58,389 nucleotides of DNA from Dethiobacteria bacterium (GTDB lineage: Bacteria > Bacillota > Dethiobacteria > DTU022 > UBA8154), in the NCBI GenBank assembly GCA_050942615.1, contig JBMNNQ010000004.1:1-58389 (forward strand), given 5' to 3'. Both the position numbers and the translations under genes were made by a program. The stretch's first letter is position 1, and each line of letters begins with the position of its first letter. Shown in pieces: positions 57,343 through 58,389 of this stretch. A model generated the notes under the pieces. It did not search any database. It was not told the origin of the DNA and saw nothing but the letters and a program-made list of their open reading frames with translations.

Positions 57343-58389
57343 CTATCCTTTTTTCAGAGATTGCCAGAGGCTGCTTTGTTCCTGCAAAACAACCACCTTC
57401 GTTTTTAACCCCGCCAGTTTAATTTTTTCTTCCAGAAACCCGGCCAAAACCGGCAGTACAGGCCTTTCGGTAGCAGCATGTCCGGCATCAATGAGCGCCA
57501 AACCAGCCATCACTGCATCCTGGGCTGCATGAAATTTAAGATCCCCTGTAATGAAAACCTGCGCTCCGCTTTGCAAAGCAGCAGGGATATAGTCGGCACC
57601 ACTGCCGCCTAAAACAGCAACTTTTTCAACAGCCATCTCCAAGTCACCGGCAACATTGAGGAAGGCGGGTTGAAGAAGTTTATTGCAACGTTGGGCCAGC
57701 TTTCTTAATGATATTTTTTCTGCCAGGCAACCTATTCTTCCCAGGCCCCAGGGCATCCCCCTGGAGGCTAAGGGATAAAGATCATAGGCTACCTCTTCAT
57801 AAGGATGGGCTGCATAAAGAGCTTCCAAAACCCGCCGGCGACAACGACGGTAAAGGACTGTTTCCAGACGGTATTCCCGTACTTTTTCCAAAGTGCCGGG
57901 TGAGCCAATAAAAGGATTGGTGCCCTTTAATGGTAAAAAGGTTCCCATCCCTAAAAGCTGGAAAGTGCAATGGCTGTAGTTACCTATCCAGCCTGCCCCG
58001 GCTGCCGCAAGTGCATCCCTTACCTTATCTTCATGGCCTTCAGGAACAAAGACAACCAGTTTTTCCAGTTCATCCCCGCCGGTGGGGTAAAGGGGTTGCA
58101 TTTTTTTTAATCCTAAGATTTCACCAAGGGCCTGGCCCACCCCCCGGGGGGCAACATCCAAGTTGGTATGGGCTGCAAAAAGGGTAATATCTGCCTTGAT
58201 AGCCCGCATAACCAAGGCTTCCCGCTTGTTTAGCCCGTCCAGCTTTTGCAGCGGCCGGTAAAGAAAAGGATGGTGGGTAAAGATAAAAGAAATTCCCCTG
58301 GCCAGAGCGGCCTCCAACACCTCCGCATTAAAATCAAGCGCCAACAGCAGTGCCGGCTCTTTTCGGGACAAATCCCCCCATTGCAAGCC
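57343..58389 (-). CDS. Nif3-like (YqfO) dinuclear metal protein with PII-like insert; 5' end outside the window
   Basis: THHP, HTNLD, KLVVFVP, GNYSHC, HPYEEVAYD, GLGRIG, TGDLKFH, DAGHAATE. Confidence 0.95.
   Translation of the reverse strand, partial: GLQWGDLSRKEPALLLALDFNAEVLEAALARGISFIFTHHPFLYRPLQKLDGLNKREALVMRAIKADITLFAAHTNLDVAPRGVGQALGEILGLKKMQPLYPTGGDELEKLVVFVPEGHEDKVRDALAAAGAGWIGNYSHCTFQLLGMGTFLPLKGTNPFIGSPGTLEKVREYRLETVLYRRCRRRVLEALYAAHPYEEVAYDLYPLASRGMPWGLGRIGCLAEKISLRKLAQRCNKLLQPAFLNVAGDLEMAVEKVAVLGGSGADYIPAALQSGAQVFITGDLKFHAAQDAVMAGLALIDAGHAATERPVLPVLAGFLEEKIKLAGLKTKVVVLQEQSSLWQSLKKG

Noticed and set aside
60-58187. Numerous plus-strand and alternate-frame ORFs in the track (e.g. 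5377-6003, 8218-8847, 25526-26185, 36403-37077)
   Set aside because: Antisense or frame shadows of well-supported genes, with no motifs or RBS
1-58389. CRISPR arrays, IS elements, prophage, rRNA
   Set aside because: No spaced direct repeats, transposase, integrase, phage genes or rRNA-like sequence found by eye

Overview
Core chromosome of an anaerobic, probably endospore-forming Bacillota member (clostridial/Dethiobacteria-like; the taxonomy is inferred from gene content only). Almost everything is on the minus strand. In reading order from the right end: nif3-like gene (cut by the window edge), C4 zinc-ribbon protein, TPR protein, NTPase (+), tRNA-Sec (selC), an uncalled 54-aa CxxC/CxxC micro-protein, an MFS transporter (+), an 80-aa EF-Tu-domain-II-like protein, selA-selB, and a Spo0E-like phosphatase (+). 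Next is an 8-gene redox operon (soluble HdrD-like Fe-S/CCG protein, etfB, etfA, hdrA, mvhD/flxD, flxC, flxB, flxA), then rseC and a lysine riboswitch heading lysA-dapF-dapL-asd-dapG, followed by hisA-hisF-hisI. After these come an HD protein, secD-secF, a LapA-like protein, recJ, rel, dtd, hisS-aspS, 6S RNA, mgtE, and the dcw cluster from mraZ to ftsZ (ftsZ cut by the edge). No mobile elements or CRISPR arrays were seen. There are two best candidates for an undescribed system. (1) The membrane-free ETF/HdrD-like/HdrA/Flx operon, in which ETF and one CCG protein replace HdrBC, behind a sigma-H/Spo0A-type promoter. (2) The selenocysteine locus, with two small uncharacterised proteins beside selC and selAB. 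All calls were made by eye from motifs and synteny; no searches were run.
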